From contig BPGW01000004.1 in the NCBI GenBank assembly GCA_026003235.1, positions 82,665-146,664 of the forward strand: DNA of 64,000 nt. Direction: 5' to 3'. Below are positions 8,823 to 16,397 of the stretch, piece after piece. Under the pieces are notes generated by a model. That model did not search any database and was not told where the DNA came from. It worked only from the letters and a program-made list of their open reading frames with translations. The translations under genes were made by a program, and so were the position numbers. Source of the stretch: Bacteroidia bacterium (GTDB taxonomy: Bacteria > Bacteroidota > Bacteroidia > SpSt-205). Position 1 is the stretch's first letter, and each line of letters starts with the position of its first letter.

Positions 8823-9664
8823 CATTTGCCGCCAACCTGAAACCGTACAAATTCCGCTACCGTGAGGGTGGGAGAAACCGACTTGAGATACTGTCCCACG
8901 CTTTTTTGGCTGTCTTTGAAAAACTCCTGCTCAAGTAGGACCGACTCTTTGAAGAATTTTTCGAGCTTGCCCATGGCGATTTTGTCTAAGAGGTGTTCGG
9001 GCTTGCCTTCGGCGCGGGCTTGCTCGCGAGCTATTTCCTTTTCCTTTTCCAGGAGGGCCGGAGGCACGGACTGCCGGTCTACGCTCACGGGGCGCAGGGC
9101 CGCCACTTGCATGGCTACGTTCTGGGCTACTTCTTCCAGTACCTCGGCAGAAAGACCTTGGGTGCCCTTGAGGGCGACCAGCACGCCTATGCGGCCCCCC
9201 AGGTGAATATACGCGCTGACATACTCGCCGGTCAAGCGAGCCCATCGGCTGATTTCCATCTTTTCACCGATGCGGGCTGTGAGCTCGGCCAGCCGGTCGG
9301 CCAAAGGTACCCCCTCTATGTGCAAGGTTGAAAGGGCCTCAGCCGAGGAGATGTGGGCTTCTAAGGCGGCTTGGGCGATTTTTTTCCCAAAAGCTTGGAA
9401 GTCGGCATTGCGGGCTACGAAGTCCGTTTCGCAAGCCAGCAGAATCAAGTGCCCTTCCTGGGTGTTCCAAGCGGCAAAAACAGCCCCTTCTTTGGCGTCT
9501 CGTTCTTGCCGGGCAGCGGCCATCTTATGGCCTTTCTTACGCAGGATCTCTATCGCTTTTTCAAAGTCACCTTGGGCTTCTTCCAGCGCTTTTTTGCAGT
9601 CCATGATGCCTGCCCCTGTGGTCTCTCGCAGGCGCTTTACCTGCTCGGCTGTGATAGCTGTCAT
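8822..9664 (-). CDS. tsf: Translation elongation factor Ts
   Basis: 280 aa. [42 protein letters not shown]. The stop overlaps the pyrH ATG (TGATG). Confidence 0.95.
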   Translation of the reverse strand: MTAITAEQVKRLRETTGAGIMDCKKALEEAQGDFEKAIEILRKKGHKMAAARQERDAKEGAVFAAWNTQEGHLILLACETDFVARNADFQAFGKKIAQAALEAHISSAEALSTLHIEGVPLADRLAELTARIGEKMEISRWARLTGEYVSAYIHLGGRIGVLVALKGTQGLSAEVLEEVAQNVAMQVAALRPVSVDRQSVPPALLEKEKEIAREQARAEGKPEHLLDKIAMGKLEKFFKESVLLEQEFFKDSQKSVGQYLKSVSPTLTVAEFVRFQVGGK

Positions 9665-9669
9665 GGCTG

Positions 9670-9677
9670 CAAAGGTA
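9670..9677 (-). promoter_or_regulatory. -7 box TACCTTTG, 5 nt upstream of the tsf ATG (9664)
   Basis: Exact TAnnTTTG match at the head of the tsf-pyrH-mscS-dapF run. Confidence 0.55.
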
Positions 9678-9681
9678 GCAA

Positions 9682-11539
9682 TTACCGAAGGACGGTTACC
9701 GTGCCGCTGCGCTCAAGGCTATGCCCTGAATACAAGCGAGCCTCAAATAGAAATGTGTACACATCTTCGGGGACGGGGTTGCCTTGGGCGTCGTTGCCGT
9801 CCCAGCGAGGAGGACCGACGATTTCCCGAATAAGGAGGCCCCATCGCGAGTAGATGCGCAGACGGCTCCAGGCCAAGGGCGGCGCCACGATCTCAAAGGC
9901 GTCGTTGATGCCATCGCCGTTCGGTGTGAAGGCCGTCGGAATAAAGATGCCCGAAAAAGGCCGCACATACAGGGTTCGGGTGAAGGTGTCTCGGCATCCC
10001 TGGGCATTCTGGCTTATCAGCGTGAGGGTGTAGGTTCCCTCCTGACTAAAGGCATGGGTGAGCGTGGGACTGCCGGGGAAGGTATCGGGCGGGATAATCC
10101 ACAGCCAGGCTGAGCCCCCTTGTGTGCTGTCTATGAGCAGGAGCGGCTGACCTACTTCTATGGAGTCAGGCGGCTGGCTAACAAAGTAAGCCTGGGGTTT
10201 GGGGTGCCAACTCAGCACAAAGGGGCCGCTGTCTGCGGTGCCGCAGACTTGTACAGCTTGTACGCTATAGGTGCCCGGCTGCGTGGCAGGCAGGGTAGAG
10301 CCTGTCGCGCCAAGGATAGGAAGCCCCTCGTAAAACCACTGGTAAGCCAAAGCGGGGGTAGCGGTCAGCCACAGGGTATCACCGGGGCAAATCTGCGCGG
10401 GAGAGGCCGGGCTAATGGCTACTGAGGGGGCCGGCAGCGCTTCTACCACAACGGCGGGCGGAGTGAAACTACATCCGAAAGCCCCTTGGATAGTCACGGT
10501 GTAGGTGCCAGGATTTCTAATCCACACGCTGGAGCCGATCGCCCCGTGACTCCAGACGTAGGTCCAGTTTGGATCGGCGGGTTCTACGGAAAGCAGCACC
10601 GAGTCCCCTGGACACAGTTGCACGGGGCCGGGTGGAACGATCTGGCCGATAGGCTGGCGCACCGCCAGCGCAAAGGGCGTGGGCGTGAGAGCCGACACCG
10701 CTTGCGTCATGAAAGAGAGCGGGGTGCCGGTTACAGCCGTGCCCCCTACGCTATCCCACCGTGCGCCCTTCCAGTGTGCTGCTGCATCATACAAACCATC
10801 CTGGGCCGGATCGTAGCCGATCTCCAGAAAGCCTCCCGTAGGGCCGCTTATATGATGGAAAAAATCGGGGTTGATGAGGCACAGGCGGGGGTCCTTTTGG
10901 CTGCGGTCGTAGCCTTCGGTGGTGGCATCTACAGCGGCAAACCGGCCTGCATACGATCCTTGTCCTGTGGGCGTGAGGTAAAAGGGTCGGTACCGCACCA
11001 CGGGCACCGAATCCCCTAGGGGAAAGAGATACCTCTCCCCACTCAGGCAGCGCCGCACAAGGGCCCCACCCAGGCTGGAGCGAATAAATCCTACACCTCG
11101 GACGATGGAACCCGGGTCCGGATTCAAGTGAAAGAGGGTCTCGGCGTGGGTATTGAGAAGGCGGTCTTCCAGGTCCAGCCAATGGCGTACGTAGGCCTCT
11201 TGGTCCAGGTTTTTACTGGAAGTGCCCCGCAGCTCCAGCGTGTCAAAATGAATCGGGTCGGTGCCGGTGATCCACTGGTAGGAGCCCCAGAGCTGGACTT
11301 TACCTGGTGGGACAGGGGTGTTGTCGGGGAAAGTGGCGCGAAACATCTCGATTGCCCGCCCGGTTGTCCAGGGTGTCGGTGATGTACAGGGCCCCGGAGT
11401 GGTACCAAAGCCCCCCTTGCCGGTTGGTGGCCGAACCTATGACGCTCACCGTCGTGCCAGGTAGCACACGCACCACTTCCCCCCAGTTGCTCAGCGTCTG
11501 CGCAAAAGCAAGCCCCAGAAGCCAACCTCCCCAGCGCAC
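9682..11539 (-). CDS. Gliding-motility-associated C-terminal domain (T9SS type B CTD) surface protein, with an apparent +1 frameshift near 11346-11356
   Basis: C-terminus FIPTAFTPNGDGINDAFEI..SRWGLLI..WDGNDAQGNPVPEDVYTF is the CHU_C/type-B sorting domain. A separate 5' frame from GTG 11539 gives the signal peptide MRWGGWLLGLAFAQ and ..GALYITDTLDNRAGN. A -7 box sits 4 nt upstream of 11539. Length is 3n+1. Confidence 0.75.
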
Positions 11540-11543
11540 CTGA

Positions 11544-11551
11544 CAAAGATA
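11544..11551 (-). promoter_or_regulatory. -7 box TATCTTTG, 4 nt upstream of GTG 11539
   Basis: Exact TAnnTTTG match. It supports 11539 as the true start of the frameshifted adhesin gene. Confidence 0.55.
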
Positions 11552-11584
11552 ACGGTTTGTTCAGAATAGCTGGAGTAGCCGACA

Positions 11585-11607
11585 AAACCCAGCGTTATGG
11601 TGGGTTT
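11585..11607 (-). terminator. Weak candidate terminator hairpin downstream of thiE
   Basis: 7-bp stem AAACCCA/TGGGTTT with a 9-nt loop. On the minus strand it is followed by TTTTGT. The stem is short and A/T-rich. Confidence 0.3.
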
Positions 11608-11647
11608 ACCCCAGAGCCCGCTCGGTCTGTAGAGGATGGAGCGTCTC

Positions 11648-12280
11648 TCAGGAAGGAGGAAGGGCTTGTAAGAGCTCGCGAGCTACCTGGGAGGGGTCTT
11701 CGGCTGTGCAGTAGGCGGACAGAACGGCTACCCCATGCAGGCGCGGCACGGCTGAAAACAGTTCCCGAGCCCGGTCAGGTGTGATACCTCCGATCGCAAT
11801 GACAGGGTGCGTGATAGCCTCCACAAACTGCCGTAGTCCTTCTATACCCAAGGGCGGGTAACCGGGGTCCTTCGTTGAAGTGGGAAACACCGGTCCTACT
11901 CCTACATAGGCCAGAGGCAGGTGACGGATGCGCTGGTAATACGCCAGCGTGTGCACCGTGGCCCCAACGAGCGAAAAAGCCGGGAGTTTGCGTAGCGCCT
12001 CTTCAATAGGGGTATCCTGCTCCCCCAGATGTACGCCGGTCGCTCCTATCTCAGCCGCCAGCTCTACGTAATCGTTGATGAACAGCTGGGCCCCATGGCG
12101 GTGAACAAGCCGGGCGATTTGGATCAGCTCCTCCTTGTGCCGGTCGGGGGAGAAGTGCTTTTCTCGGTATTGAAGGGTAGGTATGCCAGCCTCCAGCGCC
12201 ATGCGAGCCAGATCGTAGTGAGAGAACCGAGATTGGAGGTGGGTGTCAGTGAGGATATGTATGCGTCCGACGGAAAGCAT
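11648..12280 (-). CDS. thiE: Thiamine-phosphate synthase
   Basis: 210 aa. RIHILTD.., GATGVHLGEQD and IAIGGITPD are typical of ThiE. Confidence 0.85.
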   Translation of the reverse strand: MLSVGRIHILTDTHLQSRFSHYDLARMALEAGIPTLQYREKHFSPDRHKEELIQIARLVHRHGAQLFINDYVELAAEIGATGVHLGEQDTPIEEALRKLPAFSLVGATVHTLAYYQRIRHLPLAYVGVGPVFPTSTKDPGYPPLGIEGLRQFVEAITHPVIAIGGITPDRARELFSAVPRLHGVAVLSAYCTAEDPSQVARELLQALPPS

Positions 12281-12289
12281 CGCTATCCC

Positions 12290-12979
12290 TCACATCTTTA
12301 GGTAACGCATGAGCGCTTCAAGGTGATCCCGGGCATTTTTTTCCATCAGGAGGTCTCCTTGGAGAGATACGACGCGATAGCCTTTCCTCTCAAGCAGGTC
12401 AAGGGCTCGGGAGAGGTAGATTTGGTTGACTTTGAGGACGATGTAGGTTTTCTGGAGGTCGGAGTCGTGGTGCAGCAGGTAGGCGGAGAGAATGCGGATG
12501 TCTTCTGCTTCCAGGATTTGGGCGATCTCGGCCAGGCTATAGTCGTGCAGGTAGCTTTCTAAGATGAGCACGGCGCCTGGTTCTTGGACGGCGCCCAGGC
12601 GGCTCCACCACTGCACAAGGGCCTCGGGGGTGATAAGGCCTGCGTAGCGTCCTTCTTCGCTGGTGACTGGCACTTCGGGGGTTTTGTACTGTTCCATCTT
12701 TTGGAGGGCATCGTAGACGGTGGCGTAAGGAGGAAGGGGAGGTACTTCTTTCCAGGGGAGGTTGCGAAGGGGCGTATCGGGGGGCGTCTGCAGAAGAGCG
12801 CGCTTGGGTAAAAGGGCTATATACAAGCCTTCGGCGTCTACAAGGGGTAGGTGGTAAAGCCGAGGATGACGGCGGAAAGATTGCCGCGCCTCCTGGGCAG
12901 AAGTATCGGGGGTAAGGTACGACCGCTTGTATCGGGCCAGGTTAGAGACGCGAAGGGTAGGGGGCCGGCTCATACCCAA
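12290..12979 (-). CDS. CBS-domain pair protein with a C-terminal ACT-like domain (AcuB-like)
   Basis: 229 aa. Two CBS-like segments (HLPLVDAEGLYIALL, EVPVTSEEGRYAGLIT), then a small regulatory domain. Confidence 0.6.
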   Translation of the reverse strand: MGMSRPPTLRVSNLARYKRSYLTPDTSAQEARQSFRRHPRLYHLPLVDAEGLYIALLPKRALLQTPPDTPLRNLPWKEVPPLPPYATVYDALQKMEQYKTPEVPVTSEEGRYAGLITPEALVQWWSRLGAVQEPGAVLILESYLHDYSLAEIAQILEAEDIRILSAYLLHHDSDLQKTYIVLKVNQIYLSRALDLLERKGYRVVSLQGDLLMEKNARDHLEALMRYLKM

Positions 12980-13770
12980 ATACGCTGCAAAAATGGGGCC
13001 AAAAGCGCATAGAATCGTTCTGGCTGCTCCATCATAGGAGCATGGCCGCAGCTATCTATAAAGTGCAATTCAGCCTTGGGGAGGAGATGGTAAAAGGCGT
13101 AAGCTACCCGGACAGGGGTGATGGTGTCGTTGAGCCCCCAAATCAAACAGGTAGGCGCCTGAATATGGGGCAGCCAAGGCCCTACAAAGTCTCGCTGGGC
13201 TTCCCGCGCTATTTTGAGAATACGAAGGGCTTTGTAGTTGTCGTTGACAAGGGTAAAAACTTCCTCAATCAGGGCGGGGGTGGCGTGGCGAGGATCGTAA
13301 AAGGTGTATCGGACTCGTTCAGCGACGTACTCATAACTGCTGCGTCGGGGGAAGGTGCTTCCCATACCTTCCTCAAACAGGCCAGAGCTCCCTGTCAGAA
13401 CCAGCGCTTTTACGGCTTGGGGGGCGGTGCGGGCCACCAAAAGGGCCAGATGGCCCCCCAGCGAATTGCCCATCCAGACAGCCGGAGGAAGCCCTTCCTG
13501 GCGATAGAACTCAACAAGGTAGTTTGTCAAGCCGGATAGGGTAGGTTCGACGGGGCTTTTTTCGTAGATGGGCAGCAAGGGCACATAGAGGGCATAGGTG
13601 GGAGCCAGCGCTTGGAGGGAGGCGTCCCAGTTGCTGAGCGCGCCAAAAAGACCATGCACCAGCACCACAGGGGGACCCTCAGGGGTACCCGCTCGCGCAA
13701 ATCGGTAGGCGGAGCGCTCTACGATCTCCCACGAAGGAGCTACCTTGAGCGTCTCCGGCGAGGGCTGCAT
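12970..13770 (-). CDS. Alpha/beta hydrolase
   Basis: 266 aa. VVLVHGLFGALSNW oxyanion region, nucleophile elbow GNSLGG, and the C-terminal GH of the triad. Confidence 0.75.
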   Translation of the reverse strand: MQPSPETLKVAPSWEIVERSAYRFARAGTPEGPPVVLVHGLFGALSNWDASLQALAPTYALYVPLLPIYEKSPVEPTLSGLTNYLVEFYRQEGLPPAVWMGNSLGGHLALLVARTAPQAVKALVLTGSSGLFEEGMGSTFPRRSSYEYVAERVRYTFYDPRHATPALIEEVFTLVNDNYKALRILKIAREAQRDFVGPWLPHIQAPTCLIWGLNDTITPVRVAYAFYHLLPKAELHFIDSCGHAPMMEQPERFYALLAPFLQRIWV

Positions 13771-13778
13771 ACCTGGCT

Positions 13779-14384
13779 TTAAACAAATTCTTGAGGTAGG
13801 GTGGAGAGCGAGAGTACCCAGTTCCGGATCAAGAGACCTCCGTGGGGCGTCAGGATGGAATCCGGGTGAAATTGCAGACCCCAGATAGGATAGGTGGGGT
13901 GTCGTACAGCCATACAGTGGCCTTCTTCGTCCTGGGCCACCACTTCCAGGGCGGGGGGCACATAAGCGGCATGCAGGGCATGGTACAGCCCTACAGGCAA
14001 AGGATTCGGCAGGTTAGCGAAGAGCCCTTCGCCTGTGTGATGGATAAGTCGTTGAAACCCGAAAAGGGGGCGGCCGAGGGGTTCCACTTTGCCTCCCCAA
14101 AGATGCACAATAAGCTGATGGCCCAGACAGATACCCAAAATGGGCACAGAGAGGTGAGGGGGAAAGAGAGGAGGGAGCAGTTCGGCTAAGATAGCTGGAT
14201 GGCCTGGCCCTGGCCCCAAAACCAGTCCTGCCCAAGGATAGTGGTAAATTTCCGCAGGCCGGATTTCATCGGCTGGACGCACGCTCACCCGTACTCCCGC
14301 AGTCTGCAAAAGGTGTACAATGTTGTAGGTGAAAGAGTCATGGTTGTCAATCAGCAGTACGGCAGGCGACTGCTCTTTCTTCAT
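13779..14384 (-). CDS. Anthranilate/aminodeoxychorismate synthase glutamine amidotransferase component (TrpG/PabA)
   Basis: LLIDNHDSFTYNIVHLL, catalytic ILGICLGHQ, and LQFHPDSILTPHG. Confidence 0.85.
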   Translation of the reverse strand: MKKEQSPAVLLIDNHDSFTYNIVHLLQTAGVRVSVRPADEIRPAEIYHYPWAGLVLGPGPGHPAILAELLPPLFPPHLSVPILGICLGHQLIVHLWGGKVEPLGRPLFGFQRLIHHTGEGLFANLPNPLPVGLYHALHAAYVPPALEVVAQDEEGHCMAVRHPTYPIWGLQFHPDSILTPHGGLLIRNWVLSLSTLPQEFV

Positions 14385-14845
14385 AACCCACGCAGAAGGG
14401 TGGAAACGGGTACCTCTTCTCGGTAAACGCCCTTGAGCTTTCCAAGGGAATCATACACATAAAGTGTCGGCGCCACGCTGTATCCAAAAAAGCCATCAAA
14501 CTTGAAGTCTCTGTCACGAAGTACGATAGCCTGAGGCAGAGCTTTGAGGTAGGTGTCTTTGAATTTTTGTATAGCTTCCGAAGTTTCGGTGGAGACCCAG
14601 ATCAGTTGGATGCCTTTGAGCTGGGTGGCGCTTTCTTGGAAGAAGGTGGCTTGCTTTTGGCAGTGGTCGCAGTAAGGGTCAAAGAAGATGACGATTCGGC
14701 CCCGTGGAGCGGGGGGCAGGTCCTTGTCGGTGAAGGGCTTGCCATCCAGGGTATAAAAGAGAAAGCGCGGAAACTGCTGAGCTGGGGGATACTTTTCTGG
14801 CTGGGCAAAGAGGTAAAGCCCGCTTAGCAAGGCCAGGTACCGCAT
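14381..14845 (-). CDS. Thioredoxin-fold (TlpA/redoxin-like) secreted protein
   Basis: Signal peptide MRYLALLSGLYLFAQ and a CxxC motif, FFDPYCDHCQKQ. Confidence 0.65.
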   Translation of the reverse strand: MRYLALLSGLYLFAQPEKYPPAQQFPRFLFYTLDGKPFTDKDLPPAPRGRIVIFFDPYCDHCQKQATFFQESATQLKGIQLIWVSTETSEAIQKFKDTYLKALPQAIVLRDRDFKFDGFFGYSVAPTLYVYDSLGKLKGVYREEVPVSTLLRGL

Positions 14846-14849
14846 GCCT

Positions 14850-14857
14850 CAAAAGTA
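14850..14857 (-). promoter_or_regulatory. -7 box TACTTTTG, 4 nt upstream of ATG 14845
   Basis: Exact TAnnTTTG match at the head of the seven-gene minus-strand run 14845 to 11648. Confidence 0.55.
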
Positions 14858-14876
14858 GGCAAAAATCCTGCCATAC

Positions 14877-14884
14877 TACCTTTG
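14877..14884 (+). promoter_or_regulatory. -7 box TACCTTTG, 4 nt upstream of GTG 14889
   Basis: Exact TAnnTTTG match at the head of the NSS transporter / TM-TPR / purN run. It lies 19 nt from the divergent box. Confidence 0.55.
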
Positions 14885-14888
14885 CCGG

Positions 14889-16397
14889 GTGGAAAGATGG
14901 GCCAGTCGCTTAGGGGCGCTCCTGGCGCTGATTGGAGGGGCGGTAGGGCTGGGTAACTTTTTGCGCTTTCCCTTCCAAGCGGCCAAATGGGGAGGAGGGG
15001 CCTTTCTGGTGCCCTACTTCGTGGCCCTCGTTTTCGTGGCCTTGCCGCTGGTGTGGATGGAAATGGCCCTTGGGCGGGCTAGCCGACGCACCGCAAGCTT
15101 ACCGCATCTGCTCCAAGATCTGGCCGCACAGAAGGGGCGCCTCATCGGGCTGTTGGGCCTGTATGTGAGCTTGGGCATAGCAAGCTATTATGCGTACCTG
15201 ACGGGGTGGACCCTGGGCTACAGCGTGCACGCTCTCCTCGGCACTTTCAGAGGGCGATCGCTGGATCAGACGGTGGCTTTTCACTCGGTCTTCCTCCGGC
15301 AAGAAGGATGGGTCTTTTACCTTGGGGTGTGGCTGATCTTAGGTCTGGTTTTGCGCAAGGGCCTGCAAAAGGGCCTGGAAGCGCTGAGTAGGTATGCGAT
15401 TCCCCTGCTTTTCTTGCTGGCGGTAGGGATTGCGGTGGGTACCCTGCTTTTGGGCCACACAGGCCGGTGTGACACCTGCTCGGTAGGGGTGGGGTTGGCT
15501 TACTTGTATAAGCCCCGGTGGGAGGCGCTGGCCCAACCGGCGGTATGGCTGGCCGCCACCGCGCAGGTGTTTTTCTCTGTAGGAGTGGGCTTTGGCATGT
15601 ACCCGGTATACGCCGCCCATGCTGGCCGCCTCAACGCTTACCGAGAAGGGCTTCTCACCGTCTTGGCTAACACCGTGGCCGAAGTAGGCCTGGGAGGGCT
15701 TATCGTGATCCCCCTCACCACGGCGTTCTTGGGTCTGGAAGCTACGCAAGCCCGAGCGAGCTTCGGGATGGGCTTTGAGGTGATGCCCTACGTGCTTGAT
15801 GCCTGGGGAGGAAGGCTCCTGGTCCTGGCCTGGTATGCCCTCCTGTTTTTAGCGGCCTTCACTTCGCTCATCGCCATGGCGTGGGTAGGACTTGTGTGGC
15901 TTGCCGAAGAGCTGGGAGGATCGCCGGCTCGGTGGACCTGGCCGCTCATGGGAGCCTTAGCTCTACTCGGCCTGCCGACGGTGGTGGGCTTCTCCGAAGG
16001 TACGCTCGACCTGTACGATTACTGGATGAGCAACCTCTTCCTCCTTCTGTCCGCGCTGGGCTTCTGGTACATCTTTCGTTTGCGCCCCCTGTGGCAAGTC
16101 CTAGAAGAGGAAAGCGCCTTTCGGATGCCTCTCTTTCTTAGGCGGATCCTCCTCATCACTCCGCCGGCATTTCTGGGCGCGCTGCTTGTCGGAAGCTTTT
16201 TTCAGCCTGCCCAAGCAGACTGGGTAGGCGCTTTTCGCAGCCTAATCCACACGGGCCGGTGGCCTTTTTCGCCAGACGCCTTACCGGTGTGGCTGGGAGC
16301 TAAGCTCTTCGCTTCGCCTGTGAATGGCGTCGGCTTCCTCCTGCTGCTGGCTTGCGGGATGAGCCTTTTACTTTTGTCGCGCCGTGCGCGCACCTGA
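14889..16397 (+). CDS. Sodium-dependent transporter (NSS/SNF family)
   Basis: 502 aa. WASRLGALLALIGGAVGLGNFLRFPFQAAKWGGGAFLVPYF is the NSS TM1 signature. The protein is polytopic. Confidence 0.85.
   Translation: MERWASRLGALLALIGGAVGLGNFLRFPFQAAKWGGGAFLVPYFVALVFVALPLVWMEMALGRASRRTASLPHLLQDLAAQKGRLIGLLGLYVSLGIASYYAYLTGWTLGYSVHALLGTFRGRSLDQTVAFHSVFLRQEGWVFYLGVWLILGLVLRKGLQKGLEALSRYAIPLLFLLAVGIAVGTLLLGHTGRCDTCSVGVGLAYLYKPRWEALAQPAVWLAATAQVFFSVGVGFGMYPVYAAHAGRLNAYREGLLTVLANTVAEVGLGGLIVIPLTTAFLGLEATQARASFGMGFEVMPYVLDAWGGRLLVLAWYALLFLAAFTSLIAMAWVGLVWLAEELGGSPARWTWPLMGALALLGLPTVVGFSEGTLDLYDYWMSNLFLLLSALGFWYIFRLRPLWQVLEEESAFRMPLFLRRILLITPPAFLGALLVGSFFQPAQADWVGAFRSLIHTGRWPFSPDALPVWLGAKLFASPVNGVGFLLLLACGMSLLLLSRRART

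Noticed and set aside
11552-11647. 108-nt intergenic gap, and other gaps (52114-52170, 62819-62888), as hosts for tRNA, riboswitch or sRNA genes
   Set aside because: No cloverleaf-compatible arms, TPP or B12 riboswitch cores, or extended conserved stems are seen by eye. The gaps are largely accounted for by promoter boxes and one weak hairpin.
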